Below, one piece after another: positions 45,161 to 45,223 of a DNA stretch of 45,223 nt. The stretch covers positions 1 through 45,223 of the forward strand of contig MNWW01000042.1 of assembly GCA_001871415.1 (NCBI GenBank), given 5' to 3'. The position numbers and the translations under genes are program-made. The notes under the pieces are model-generated. The model ran no database searches. It was not told where the DNA came from and was given only the letters and a program-made list of their open reading frames with translations. Positions within the stretch are counted from its first letter, which is position 1, and every line of letters begins with the position of its first letter. The stretch is from Candidatus Woesearchaeota archaeon CG1_02_57_44 (lineage in GTDB: Archaea > Nanobdellota > Nanobdellia > Woesearchaeales > CG1-02-57-44).

Positions 45161-45223
45161 ATGGACCTTCTCGTCGCCTACGTGCCATGCCCTTCTGCTG
45201 AAGAAGCTGAGCGGATAGGCAAG
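45161..45223 (+). CDS. cutA: Divalent-cation tolerance protein CutA (partial)
   Basis: MDLLVAYVPCPSAEEAERIGK matches the CutA N-terminus; runs off the window edge. Confidence 0.7.
   Translation, partial: MDLLVAYVPCPSAEEAERIGK

Overview
Gene-dense, GC-rich archaeal chromosome segment. The gene content (RFC large subunit, fibrillarin, Nop5, Hef, presenilin homologue, archaeal-type aminoacyl-tRNA synthetases, plus GyrA) and TATA-type promoters suggest a DPANN/Woesearchaeota-like organism; this assignment is inference. Housekeeping genes include hisS, trpS, glyS, cysS, gyrA, scpB, hef, htpX, purL/purQ, rfcL, flpA, nop5 and cutA. Several features are missing from the ORF track. (1) A compact two-gene operon encodes a 24-aa Lys/Ala histone-H1-tail-like peptide (12 Lys) and a 20-aa Asp-rich peptide (12 Asp), each with a Shine-Dalgarno site, followed by a shared terminator; this is the top candidate for an undescribed system. 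(2) A tRNA-Gly(CCC) gene is split by a 147-nt highly structured BHB intron and overlaps the end of a protein gene. (3) A ~300-nt RNase P RNA appears to have P8 but no P6/P16/P17. (4) A bacterial-type PlsB/PlsC acyltransferase runs off the left edge. (5) A repeat-built uORF is coupled to a divergent purL, and purQ carries a probable PurS fusion. (6) There is a small Zn-ribbon gene, and palindromic operators lie upstream of a lower-GC Fic gene and a toxin-antitoxin pair. No CRISPR array, rRNA or transposase was seen. All calls come from reading the sequence; no database searches were run.
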